A DNA stretch of 60,888 bases, the filler included, from Coriobacteriales bacterium (GTDB taxonomy: Bacteria; Actinomycetota; Coriobacteriia; Coriobacteriales; UBA8131), in assembly GCA_031263105.1 (NCBI GenBank). It is 5 parts of 5 records of this genome, joined end to end, with 100 filler letters (N's around TTAATTAATTAA, not from the genome) between each part and the next. Parts side by side here need not be neighbours in the genome. Positions count along the whole stretch, not along the records: positions 44,816 to 50,877 come from JAISGJ010000165.1; positions 50,978 to 60,888 come from JAISGJ010000219.1; 3 more parts are not named here. One strand, 5' to 3'. The notes below the pieces were generated by a model. The model worked only from the letters and a program-made list of their open reading frames with translations. It was not told where the DNA came from and searched no databases. Below, piece by piece: positions 46,313 to 55,849 of this stretch. Each line of letters opens with the position of its first letter. Position 1 is the first letter of the stretch. A program made the translations under genes and the position numbers.

Positions 46313-49300
46313 ATGGCGTACCGTCTCGGCATAGACGCGGGGTCGAAGACCATCAAGCTCGTCCTTCTCGACGAGCAGGGCGCCACGGTGTTCTCCCAAT
46401 ACATGCTGCATCGCTCGGACATCGTCACCACGACGAGGGACGTGCTCCACGACACGGTCTGGCGCTTCGGGGATGCGGAGGTCACCGTCTGCGTCACGGG
46501 GTCGGCGGGCATGCGGCTCGCGGAGCTGCTCGGTGTGCCCCATGTCCAGGAGGTCGTCTCGGCGCGCCATGCCCTCGGCGCGCTTGTCCCCGAGGCCGAC
46601 GCCGCCATCGAGCTGGGCGGCGAGGACGCGAAGGTCATCTACCTGACCGGCGGCGTCGAACAGCGCATGAACGGGAGCTGCGCCGGCGGCACGGGCGGCT
46701 TCATCGACACGATGTGTGCGCTTTTGGGCGTGAGGGCCCGGCAGTTCAACGCCATGGCCCTCGGCTACCAGACGGTCTACCCCATCGCGTCGCGCTGCGC
46801 CGTGTTCGCGCAGGCCGACGTCCGGCCGCTGCTCAACGAGGGGGCGCGCCGCAGCGACGTCGCCGCGTCCATCCTCCAGGCGGTCGTGACGCAGACGGTC
46901 GCAGGGCTCTCCTGCGGGCGCCCCCTCAAGGGGACGGTCGTCTTCCTCGGAGGCCCCTTCGAGGTCTATCCCGAGCTGGTCTCCCGCTTCCGCCGCACCC
47001 TCGGCCTCACGTCCGCGCAGGCCGTGAAGCCTCCCGACGCCCATCTCTTCGTCGCAAAGGGGGCCGCGCTGCTGAGTGCGCAGGAGGCGTCGGCGGCCGT
47101 CGTCGGCCCCGCCTCCTGCGCCACCAGCCTCCGGGCGCTCCATGACGCCCTTGCGGCCGCCCCGCTCGAGGAGGACGGCGGCATCGGCCGGCTCGGGCCC
47201 CTGTTCGGCTCCGAGGAGGAGCTTGCGGCCTTCCGGTCGCGCCACGGGCGGCACAAGGTGCCGCGCGCCCCGCTCATGGATGCGACGGGCGGCCTCTTCG
47301 TCGGCATCGACGCCGGCTCGACGGCCGTCAAGCTCGCGGCGCTCGACGAGGCCGGAAGGCTCGTCTACTCGGGCTACGAGAAGTCGAAGGGCGAGGTCCT
47401 CGAGGTTGCTCGCGGGATGCTGGAGGAGCTCTACCGCAGCATGCCGCACGAGTACGGAGGGGATGCGCTCGTCAGCATCAGGCACACGAAGGTGACCGGC
47501 TACGGGGAGCGGCTCCTGCGGGTCGCGTTCAACGCGGATTCCGGCGTCGTCGAGACGGTCGCGCACCTGAGGGCCGCCCAGGCCTTCGATCCCGAGGTCG
47601 ATTTCGTGCTGGACATCGGAGGGCAGGACATCAAGTGCATGCGCGTCAGGAACGGCGCGGTAGACGACATCATGCTCAACGAGTCCTGCTCATCGGGCTG
47701 CGGTGCGCTCGTCGACGGCTTCAGCCGTTCGCTCGGCTTCACCCCGTGGGGCTTCTCGGACGTCGCGCTCCTGGCCCCTCGCCCGGTCGATCTGGGCACG
47801 CGCTGCACGGTCTTCATGACCTCGCGGGTGCGCCACGCCCAGAAGGAGGGCATCGGTGCCCCAGACATCGCGGCCGGCCTCGCCTACAGCGTCGTGCGCA
47901 ACGCCCTGTACAAGGTGATAGGCTGCACCGACCCTGCGCGGCTCGGCGAGCGCGTGGTCGTGCAGGGCGGGACCCTGAAGAGCGACGCGGTGCTCAGGGC
48001 CTTCGAGCTCGAGAGCGGCCTTGAGGCCGTGCGCCCGGACATCGCCGAGATGATGGGCGCCTACGGCGCGGCGCTCCTTGCGCGCGACGAGGGCATGGGA
48101 GGGCGTTCGGGGCAGGGCGCGGGGCGGGCGGGCGGGGCATCGTCTCTGCTGCGACCGATGGAGCTGGCATCCCTCAAGCGCGCACAGGCCACGCGCCGTT
48201 GCCAGGGATGCACCAACAACTGCCTGCTCACCGTCAACACCTTCACTCCCTGTGGCGAGGACGAGTGTGCGCAGGGGGCGCCTCTCGCACAGCGCGTGCT
48301 CGTCACCGGCAACCGCTGCGAGCAGGGCGGGGCAGAGCCGGGGGCCGCGCACGGGCTTCCCAACCTCTTCGCATACGAGCGTCGGCTCCTTGCGTCCTTG
48401 GGCAGGCAGGACGGGGAGAGGGAGGAGGGCCGCGCCCCGACCGTCGGCATCCCGAACGTCCTCGACCTCTACGAGAGCTACCCGTTCTGGCGGGCCTTCT
48501 TCTCCCATCTGGGGCTGCGGGTCGTCGGGGCCCAGCCCTCGGACTCGGACACCTACCGCAGGGGTGCCCACGCCGTCCTCTCGGAGGGCGTCTGCTATCC
48601 GGCGAAGCTCGCGCACGGGCACGTGTCGCGCCTCGTCGCCGAGGGCGCCGACTTCGTCTTCATGCCCACGGGTGGCTCCGTCGCGTCCGCACGGGAGGGC
48701 GTGTGCGGGGCGGGGCGCTGCCTCACGGTCGAATGCCCGGTCTCCGGCGGCTATGCGCGCCTCGTCGCCGAGGACCTCGCGGGGCCGGACGCCACGGGGC
48801 CGGACGCCACGGCCCGCTTCCTGACCTGCGACCTGGGCTCGGCGGCCCCGTTGGCGCAGCAGCTGCACAGGATGCTCGACGAGGCAGGGCTTGTCGCAGG
48901 CCTCTCGCTCGACGGGAGGCGGGTGGAGGCCGCCCTCGCGCAGGCCGCGCACGAACAGGAGGCCTTCTACGAACGGCTTGCCGAGCGCAGCGGCGAGGTG
49001 CTCGCCCGGCTTGAGGAGGAGGGCGCACGCGGCATCGTCCTTGCCGGGCATCCCTATCACGTCGATGCCGGCACGAGCCACGGGGTTGACTCGCTGCTGG
49101 GCAGCCTCGGCTTCCCGGTGCTGAGCGCCTCCGGCATCCTCGCCTGGCATCGGACGCACGGAGGCACGGGCGGCACGCCCGCCCTCGGCCCGGCATCCCG
49201 CGACCTCGTCGCCGCCACGTGGACCCAGCCGGCGGCGCTCTACGAAGTGGCGCGCATCGTCGCTGCGCACGAGTGCCTCGACCTCGTGCAGCTCTACTCC

Positions 49301-50755
49301 TTCGGCTGCGGCGTGGACGCCCTGTCCGTCGGGCAGGTGCGGGAGGTGCTCGAAGGCGCGGGCAAGCCCTACACGGCGCTCAAGATGGACGAGATGGTCG
49401 ACCTCGCCGCCATCCGCATCCGCCTGCGCTCGCTTGCCGTCGCCCTCCAGGCGCGGGCGCGGCGGAAGACGGAAGGCGAAGGAGGCCATGGGGGAGTGCA
49501 GGCAGGGGAGAAGGCCGGCGAGGGGCCGCAGGGGCGCCGGGGGCCGCAGGGTCCTCGGGGGACAGGCGAGGGCCCACAGGGCCTCCGGGAGGCGCAGGGC
49601 CTTCGGCCCGTCCAACAGCCCGTCCAGCCCATCCGGGCAATCCGGCCCCCCTCGCCCTCTGTGCCGCTGCTCGTCATGCCTGCGCTCGCCCCCCGGCACC
49701 TTGCTGCCGTCAAGGGGGTCGTCGAGGAGGCGGGGCACCGCCTTGAACTTCTGCCCGAGTTGGGAACCCGGGACATCGATGCCGGCCTGCGCCTGTGCAA
49801 CAACGACCTCTGCCATCCGATGGTCGCGGTCGCCGGGCAGGTCGTCGAGGCCGTGCGCGGGTGTCGGGGGACCGCTCCCGTCACGGTCGTGGTCCCGCAG
49901 ATGTGCTGCGGCTGCCGTGCTATCGAGCTCGAGCAGGTCATACGCAGGCAGCTGGGGAAGCACCGACCAATTGCCTGTGCGCCATCTGGCCGCCATCTTG
50001 CGCACAGGCAATTGATCGGCACTTCCCTGGAAAGCGCCCCCGACAACGCCGACATCGAGGTCGTCGGACTGCCGAGCCGCACCGGCTCCCTCACCCTGTC
50101 CGCCCGGCTTGCAGCGCGCATCTACGACGCCCTCGCCGCCGCCGACCCCGCTTCCGACCCCGCCGCTCCCGCCCTCGCCCCGAAATCCACCTCGGCATCG
50201 ACATTCCCCTCCTCCGGAGGGGGTTCGAACGCCCGGAAAACGCACCGCGTTTTCAGCGAGAACGGGCCAGAAGGCCCTCGGACGGCGCGAAGCGCCGGGG
50301 CGGTCTCCACCGCTGCCGGTACCTCCTCCGCCCTCGATGCAGGCATTGCCCCCGCCGCTCCCGCCCCTCTCCCCCTGCCCCCCGTCGGCGTCGTCGGAAC
50401 CGCCGCGCTGCTCTATACGCCTCAGCTCAACCGCAGCCTCCTGCAGCGCATCGAGGCGGAGGGCTGCAGGCCGTGCATGCCGCCCTTCGTCGAGACGCTC
50501 ACCACGAACGCCCCTCTGGAACGCTTCGCCGGGCGCTTCGTCGATGCGGGGATACACGACATCGTCTGCGTGCAGAGCTTCGGCTGCCTGACCGGCCACG
50601 TCAACGGGCGCGGCGCGGCACGGCGGCTCAGGAGGCGCTACCCCGACCTGAACATCAGCTTCATCGACTACGACTCCGGCGCATCCGAGGTCAACCAGGA
50701 CAACCGCCTCAAGCTCGCCCTGACCCTCGCCCGCGAACGGGCCCGCATGTCGTAG
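46313..50755 (+). CDS. Large 2-hydroxyacyl-CoA dehydratase activase-like protein (two BadF/BadG/BcrA/D ATPase domains plus DUF2229-like region)
   Basis: GIDAGS twice, ELGGEDAK/DIGGQDIK, CAGGTG/CSSGCG, RCAVF/RCTVF, CYPAKLAHGH and SFGC motifs. Confidence 0.88.
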   Translation: MAYRLGIDAGSKTIKLVLLDEQGATVFSQYMLHRSDIVTTTRDVLHDTVWRFGDAEVTVCVTGSAGMRLAELLGVPHVQEVVSARHALGALVPEADAAIELGGEDAKVIYLTGGVEQRMNGSCAGGTGGFIDTMCALLGVRARQFNAMALGYQTVYPIASRCAVFAQADVRPLLNEGARRSDVAASILQAVVTQTVAGLSCGRPLKGTVVFLGGPFEVYPELVSRFRRTLGLTSAQAVKPPDAHLFVAKGAALLSAQEASAAVVGPASCATSLRALHDALAAAPLEEDGGIGRLGPLFGSEEELAAFRSRHGRHKVPRAPLMDATGGLFVGIDAGSTAVKLAALDEAGRLVYSGYEKSKGEVLEVARGMLEELYRSMPHEYGGDALVSIRHTKVTGYGERLLRVAFNADSGVVETVAHLRAAQAFDPEVDFVLDIGGQDIKCMRVRNGAVDDIMLNESCSSGCGALVDGFSRSLGFTPWGFSDVALLAPRPVDLGTRCTVFMTSRVRHAQKEGIGAPDIAAGLAYSVVRNALYKVIGCTDPARLGERVVVQGGTLKSDAVLRAFELESGLEAVRPDIAEMMGAYGAALLARDEGMGGRSGQGAGRAGGASSLLRPMELASLKRAQATRRCQGCTNNCLLTVNTFTPCGEDECAQGAPLAQRVLVTGNRCEQGGAEPGAAHGLPNLFAYERRLLASLGRQDGEREEGRAPTVGIPNVLDLYESYPFWRAFFSHLGLRVVGAQPSDSDTYRRGAHAVLSEGVCYPAKLAHGHVSRLVAEGADFVFMPTGGSVASAREGVCGAGRCLTVECPVSGGYARLVAEDLAGPDATGPDATARFLTCDLGSAAPLAQQLHRMLDEAGLVAGLSLDGRRVEAALAQAAHEQEAFYERLAERSGEVLARLEEEGARGIVLAGHPYHVDAGTSHGVDSLLGSLGFPVLSASGILAWHRTHGGTGGTPALGPASRDLVAATWTQPAALYEVARIVAAHECLDLVQLYSFGCGVDALSVGQVREVLEGAGKPYTALKMDEMVDLAAIRIRLRSLAVALQARARRKTEGEGGHGGVQAGEKAGEGPQGRRGPQGPRGTGEGPQGLREAQGLRPVQQPVQPIRAIRPPSPSVPLLVMPALAPRHLAAVKGVVEEAGHRLELLPELGTRDIDAGLRLCNNDLCHPMVAVAGQVVEAVRGCRGTAPVTVVVPQMCCGCRAIELEQVIRRQLGKHRPIACAPSGRHLAHRQLIGTSLESAPDNADIEVVGLPSRTGSLTLSARLAARIYDALAAADPASDPAAPALAPKSTSASTFPSSGGGSNARKTHRVFSENGPEGPRTARSAGAVSTAAGTSSALDAGIAPAAPAPLPLPPVGVVGTAALLYTPQLNRSLLQRIEAEGCRPCMPPFVETLTTNAPLERFAGRFVDAGIHDIVCVQSFGCLTGHVNGRGAARRLRRRYPDLNISFIDYDSGASEVNQDNRLKLALTLARERARMS
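50193..50304 (+). repeat. 112-bp coding palindromic element, copy 2
   Basis: Encodes ASTFPSSGGGSNARKTHRVFSENGPEGPRTARSAGA in frame. Confidence 0.92.
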
Positions 50756-50799
50756 GACCCGCATCTCGACGGCGACGAGGCTCTCGTCCCCCAGGCGCG

Positions 50800-50830
50800 C
50801 CCCCACTGTCATCCCGAGCCCGCCGAGGGA
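50800..50830. repeat. MITE left end at contig end
   Basis: CCCCCACTGTCATCCCGAGCCCGCCGAGGGA. Confidence 0.7.
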
Positions 50831-50841
50831 GCGTTGGTGGT

Positions 50842-50877
<36 letters not shown>

Positions 50878-50977
50878 NNNNNNNNNNNNNNNNNNNNNNN
50901 NNNNNNNNNNNNNNNNNNNNNTTAATTAATTAANNNNNNNNNNNNNNNNNNNNNNNNNNNNNNNNNNNNNNNNNNNN
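50878..50977. other. Artificial contig linker
   Basis: N44-TTAATTAATTAA-N44. Confidence 0.98.
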
Positions 50978-52738
50978 ATGCGCCAGTACGTCAACCTCTC
51001 CGACGAGCGCGCGATGATCCCGCGCCTCATGGAGCAGGCCACGTCCTTCGAGTACCTCGTCACGGAGAGCGAGCACGAGTCGCTCGTACTGGAGAAGAAC
51101 CTCATCAACCAGTATTCGCCGCCCTTCAACGTCGACTTCAAGGACGACAAGAGCTATCCCTTCATCGCGCTCACCAAGGGCGACGTCTTCCCCGCCCTCA
51201 AGTACACGCGCGAGAAGCAGGTCCCCTCGACGCGCTACTTCGGCCCCTACACCGACGCCCGCGCCGCGCGCACGATGATAGACGTCGCCCGCCGCGTGGT
51301 GCCGCTGTGCCACACGGGCTGCGTGGAGTGGAAGCGGCTCCGACGCAGGCTTGAAAGCGACCCGGAGCAGGCGCCCGCAGGCGACAAGCCCTGCTTCGAC
51401 CATCACGTCGGCCTCGGCCCCGGGCCCTGCGCAGGCGCCTGCACCCCTCAAGAGTACGCGGAGCACGTGCGCCGCATCGAGCGCTTCCTCTCCGGGCATC
51501 GCCGGGAGTTCCTCCGTGCGATGGAGCGCGAGATGCGGGCGGCGGCAGACGGGCTCGACTTCGAGCGCGCGGCTCGGACGAAGGCCCGCATCGAGACCGT
51601 GCGCTCGCTCGACGAGCGCCAGCACGTGCAGCTCTCCCCAAGGCTCTCCGCCGACGTCGTCGGCTTCTTCCGCGAGGAGACCGTCACGGGCGTCCATGTG
51701 CTCACGGTCCGCGAGGGGAGCGTCATCATCTCCAACGAGTTCGTGCTCGACAAGGGCCTCGACGTCTCCGGCGACGACCTCATCGACGGCTTCTTGGTGC
51801 GCTACTACGAGCAGGCGACCGACATTCCGCACGAGGTGGTGCTCGCTGCGGCTCCCGAGGACGCGCCGACCGTCGAGGAATGGCTCACCTCCAAGCTGGC
51901 ATCCCGTCACGGTGCCCGCGTGCGCCTGGCCGTCCCGGTGCGCGGGGAGCGCCACGAGCTGCTCGGGCTCGCCGAGCGCAACGCCCGCCACACGCTCATG
52001 CGCTACAAGGTGCGCACGCGCTACGACGAGGAGCGCATCAACACCGCCCTGCTGCAACTCGAAAGCGCGCTCGCGCTTCCACGCGCCCCTCTGCGCATCG
52101 AGTGCTTCGACGTCTCGACCATCCATGGGCGCCATTCGGTGGCCTCGATGGTGGTCTTCACGGCAGGCGGCCCCGACAAGTCGCAGTACCGGCGCTTCAA
52201 GGTGAGGCTCGATGCGGGCGAGGCGAACGACTTCGCCATGATGTCCGAGGTGCTGGGCCGCCGTTATTCCCCCGAGCGCATGGCCGACGGGCGCTTCGGC
52301 TCGAGGCCGGACCTGCTCATCGTCGACGGCGGCAAGCCGCAGCTGACCGCTGCGCTGCAGCAACTCGGACAGCTGGGGATCGACATCCCGGTCGCGGGGC
52401 TCGCGAAGTCCGACGAGGAGCTCTTCGTCCCCTGGGACAACGAAGGGCCCGTCGTGCTGCCGAGCGGCTCGGCGGCGCTGTACCTCGTGAAGCAGATACG
52501 CGACGAGGCGCACCGCTTCGCGATCGCCTTCCACCGCGAGCTGCGGGGCAAGGCCATGACGGCGAGCGTGCTCGACGAGGTGTGCGGGCTCGGCCCCAAG
52601 CGCAAGAAGGCCCTGCTGCGCGCCTTCGGCTCGTTCAAGCGCCTGCGCGAGGCGGGCGTCGAGGACATGGCCGCCGTCAAGGGCGTCCCCCGCGAGGTGG
52701 CCGAGGAGGTCTTCGCGGTCCTTCGCCAGCAGGAGTGA
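50978..52738 (+). CDS. uvrC: Excinuclease ABC subunit C, 5'-partial (GIY-YIG start lost in gap)
   Basis: KDDKSYP, YFGPY, IECFDVS, VDGGKPQ, IRDEAHRFA and HhH tail. Confidence 0.95.
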   Translation: MRQYVNLSDERAMIPRLMEQATSFEYLVTESEHESLVLEKNLINQYSPPFNVDFKDDKSYPFIALTKGDVFPALKYTREKQVPSTRYFGPYTDARAARTMIDVARRVVPLCHTGCVEWKRLRRRLESDPEQAPAGDKPCFDHHVGLGPGPCAGACTPQEYAEHVRRIERFLSGHRREFLRAMEREMRAAADGLDFERAARTKARIETVRSLDERQHVQLSPRLSADVVGFFREETVTGVHVLTVREGSVIISNEFVLDKGLDVSGDDLIDGFLVRYYEQATDIPHEVVLAAAPEDAPTVEEWLTSKLASRHGARVRLAVPVRGERHELLGLAERNARHTLMRYKVRTRYDEERINTALLQLESALALPRAPLRIECFDVSTIHGRHSVASMVVFTAGGPDKSQYRRFKVRLDAGEANDFAMMSEVLGRRYSPERMADGRFGSRPDLLIVDGGKPQLTAALQQLGQLGIDIPVAGLAKSDEELFVPWDNEGPVVLPSGSAALYLVKQIRDEAHRFAIAFHRELRGKAMTASVLDEVCGLGPKRKKALLRAFGSFKRLREAGVEDMAAVKGVPREVAEEVFAVLRQQE

Positions 52739-52862
52739 CAGTGGGGCGCGAACAATGACCTCCGGCCTCGGCGGCCCCGAAGGCCGGGTGCTGTGACGCA
52801 GGGCCGCCGGGCCGTTTCTGCTACACTGGAAGCCGCATAGGAACGCCACGCAGGGAGACGAC

Positions 52863-53780
52863 ATGGAACCACAGAACGAAGCCTTCCTCACCGAAGATGC
52901 GGTCGCAGGCCCCGACCTTGTCATCATCACGGGGATGTCGGGCGCGGGGCGGACCGAGGCCATGCACACCTTCGAGGACCTCGGGTACTTCTGCATCGAC
53001 AACCTGCCCCCTTCGCTCCTGCTCAACCTCGTCTCCCTCGCGGGCCTGTCCACAGGAGGCATGCGGAAGCTCGCCGTGGTCTGCGACCTGCGCGCCAAGG
53101 AGTTCTTCTACGAGTTGAACGAGGAGTTGCGCCGCATCGCGGAGGCGGGGGTCTCGTACCGCATCCTCTTCCTCGACTCGCGCGACGAGGTGCTGCTCGC
53201 CCGCTTCAAGGCGTCGCGCCGCCGCCACCCGCTCACCGAGGGCGGCATGACCATCATCGCAGGCATCCAACGCGAACGCGCCCTGCTCTCCTCCGTCCGC
53301 GAGATGGCGGACTCCGTCCTCGACACCTCGGCGGTCGATCCGAGGGACCTCAGGCGGAGCATCCGCTCGCTCTTCTCCCAACAGACGGACCAGGAGAGCC
53401 TCTCCGTCTCGGTCTTCTCCTTCGGCTTCAAGCACGGCATGCCCGCCGACGCCGACATCGTCATCGACGTGCGCTTCCTCCCCAACCCCTATTACGAGGC
53501 ACGGCTGCGGGCGCTCACCGGCCTGAGCGACGAGGTGCGCTCCTTCGTGCTCGGCCAGGACGAGACCCGCCGCTTCCTCGAGAGCTGGCGCGGCCTGCTC
53601 GACGTGATAATGCCCGGCTACGTGAAGGAGGGGAAGCAGGTCCTCTCGGTAGGCGTCGGCTGCACCGGCGGGCAGCACCGCAGCGTCGTGCTCGCCGAGG
53701 AGACGGGGCGCCACCTCATGCAGACCGGCTACAACACGGCCATAACCCACCGCGACCTCGCGTTGGCGGAGATGGGCTGA
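52863..53780 (+). CDS. rapZ: RNase adapter RapZ/YvcJ
   Basis: TGMSGAGR, CIDNLP, SFGFKHG, DVRFLPNP and GCTGGQHRSV motifs. Confidence 0.95.
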   Translation: MEPQNEAFLTEDAVAGPDLVIITGMSGAGRTEAMHTFEDLGYFCIDNLPPSLLLNLVSLAGLSTGGMRKLAVVCDLRAKEFFYELNEELRRIAEAGVSYRILFLDSRDEVLLARFKASRRRHPLTEGGMTIIAGIQRERALLSSVREMADSVLDTSAVDPRDLRRSIRSLFSQQTDQESLSVSVFSFGFKHGMPADADIVIDVRFLPNPYYEARLRALTGLSDEVRSFVLGQDETRRFLESWRGLLDVIMPGYVKEGKQVLSVGVGCTGGQHRSVVLAEETGRHLMQTGYNTAITHRDLALAEMG

Positions 53781-53784
53781 CGCC

Positions 53785-54933
53785 ATGGGACGGGCCGTTG
53801 AGGCAGCATCGGGAGAGGGGCGGCGTCGGCCTCAAGGCTTCGAGGCGTCCCTTGGCACGCGGCGGCGCCTCCGTGACGCCCCTGCGCCCGCCCCGCTCCG
53901 CCCCGCCGCCGCCCCGCCCCGCGCCGTCGTCATCGGGGGCGGCACGGGCGCACCGGTCAGCATCCGCGCCCTGCTCGACCTCGGGGTCCAGACGGGCGCG
54001 GTGGTCGCCATGGCCGATGACGGAGGCTCGACGGGCATGCTCCGTGAGCACACCGGCATGGTGCCGCCGGGGGACATCCGCAAATGCCTTGCGGCGATGG
54101 CGGCCGACCCTGCGGGCACGTGGACGAGGGCGTTCCGGCAGCGGTTCTCCTATGTGAACGACCATACGCTCGGCAACCTCATGCTCACCGCGCTCTACGA
54201 GGCCTCCGGCTCCTTCCCCCGTGCCATCGCGCTCTGCGGGCAGCTGCTGGAGGCGCGCGGCATGGTCTATCCCTCGACGCTCGAGAGCGTCAAGCTCACA
54301 GGGCTCACGCGCGACGGCCGCCGCATCAGCGGCCAGGCGAACATCTGCGCCTCCGACACGGCGCTCGCATCGGTCACCTTGGAGCCGTCGCGCCCAAAGG
54401 CCTACGGCCCCGCCCTCGACGCCCTGCGCGAGGCCGACCTCATCGTCCTCGGCCCCGGCTCGCTGTTCACCTCCATCATCCCGAACCTGCTGGTCCCCGG
54501 CGTGACGGACGCCATCCGCGCGAGCCGTGCCGTCACGGTGTTCCTCTGCTCGCTTGCGGACATGCAGGGCGAGACCTGGGGGCTCAACAGCGCCGAGCTC
54601 GTCGAGGCGCTGCTCGAGCACGGCATGGAGGGCCTGCTCGACGTCGTGGTCGTCCACCGGCCCGCCGAGGGTGCGGCCCCGTCCGGGTCCGTGACGGCGA
54701 GTTTCGCCGCCGTCGCCGCCGACATGCCGCCCGTGCGCGAGAGGGACAGGCCCGCCGCCTCGGTGCGCCGCGTCCTCATCGACCCTGCGCTCGCCCGGCG
54801 CATCGAGGCCCTCGGCCCCCTGCTCGTCGCCCGCGACCTCGTCGACCCGCTCAGGCCGACCTGGCACGACGTCCCCACCCTGTCCGAGGTCCTCGAGGGG
54901 GTTCTGGGCGCATGTCCTTCACGGCGGAGATAA
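53785..54933 (+). CDS. yvcK: YvcK/GlmR (CofD-like) protein
   Basis: IGGGTG, ADDGGSTG, PPGDIR and GPGSLFTSIIPNL motifs. Confidence 0.92.
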   Translation: MGRAVEAASGEGRRRPQGFEASLGTRRRLRDAPAPAPLRPAAAPPRAVVIGGGTGAPVSIRALLDLGVQTGAVVAMADDGGSTGMLREHTGMVPPGDIRKCLAAMAADPAGTWTRAFRQRFSYVNDHTLGNLMLTALYEASGSFPRAIALCGQLLEARGMVYPSTLESVKLTGLTRDGRRISGQANICASDTALASVTLEPSRPKAYGPALDALREADLIVLGPGSLFTSIIPNLLVPGVTDAIRASRAVTVFLCSLADMQGETWGLNSAELVEALLEHGMEGLLDVVVVHRPAEGAAPSGSVTASFAAVAADMPPVRERDRPAASVRRVLIDPALARRIEALGPLLVARDLVDPLRPTWHDVPTLSEVLEGVLGACPSRRR

Positions 54934-55835
54934 AAGACGAGCTCTCCCGGCTGCTGCCCGAGCACCTGCCCTGCCGCAAGGCGGAGCTCTCTGCGCTCGT
55001 CCGCATACAGGGCAGGCTCTCGGGCAACTACCGGCTCGAGGTGACGACGGAGATAGCCCCCGTCGCGCGCATCGTCGTGCGCCTCCTCCACGGCATCTAC
55101 GGCCTCAAGACCGAGATCACCACGCGGCGCAGCGTCCTGCACAGGACCTACAACTACCTTATCACCGTGCCCAGCCAGATCGGCCTTGAGGACGCCATCC
55201 GCGACATGGGGATACTCTCCTCCTCCGGCCTGGAGATGGGGGTGGACCCCGACCTCGTGAGGAAGCCCTGCTGCACGGCCTCCTACCTGCGCGGCGCGTT
55301 CCTCGGCGGCGGGTTCATCTCCAACCCGCAGGGGGACTTCCACTTCGAGCTGGCCTGCGGGCACGAGGCTTTGGCGAACGGGCTGGTCGCGCTCCTCGCG
55401 AGGTCCGAGATACCGGCGCGGAGCATCCGTCGCAGGGGCGCCTGGATCGTCTACATCAAGGGGGCGGAGCCCATCCTCGACTTCCTCGCCCTCGTCGGCG
55501 CGCATCGCGGCATGCTCGCCATGGAGAACGTGAGGGTCACGAAGTCGGTGCGCAACGACGTCAACCGCAGGCTCAATGCGGAGATGGCGAACCAGGCGAA
55601 GTCCATCGACGCCTCCATGGGGCAGGTGAAGGCGATACGCCTGCTCGTGGAGCACTGCGGCGTCGAGTCCCTTCCGCCGGCGCTGCGCGAGTTCGCATTG
55701 CTGCGCCTCTCACACCCCGATGCGTCCCTTAGGGAGTTGGGGGAGCTGGCCTCGCCCCCGCTCACCAAATCCGCTGTGTATCATAGGGTCAGACGCATAG
55801 AGGCGATAGCGAGAGAGTGTCTGGGAAGCGAATAG
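54912..55835 (+). CDS. whiA: DNA-binding protein WhiA
   Basis: MSFTAEIKDEL, YLRGAFLGGG, VNRRLNAEMAN and SLRELG motifs. Confidence 0.95.
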   Translation: MSFTAEIKDELSRLLPEHLPCRKAELSALVRIQGRLSGNYRLEVTTEIAPVARIVVRLLHGIYGLKTEITTRRSVLHRTYNYLITVPSQIGLEDAIRDMGILSSSGLEMGVDPDLVRKPCCTASYLRGAFLGGGFISNPQGDFHFELACGHEALANGLVALLARSEIPARSIRRRGAWIVYIKGAEPILDFLALVGAHRGMLAMENVRVTKSVRNDVNRRLNAEMANQAKSIDASMGQVKAIRLLVEHCGVESLPPALREFALLRLSHPDASLRELGELASPPLTKSAVYHRVRRIEAIARECLGSE

Positions 55836-55849
55836 GAAGGAGTATCGGA

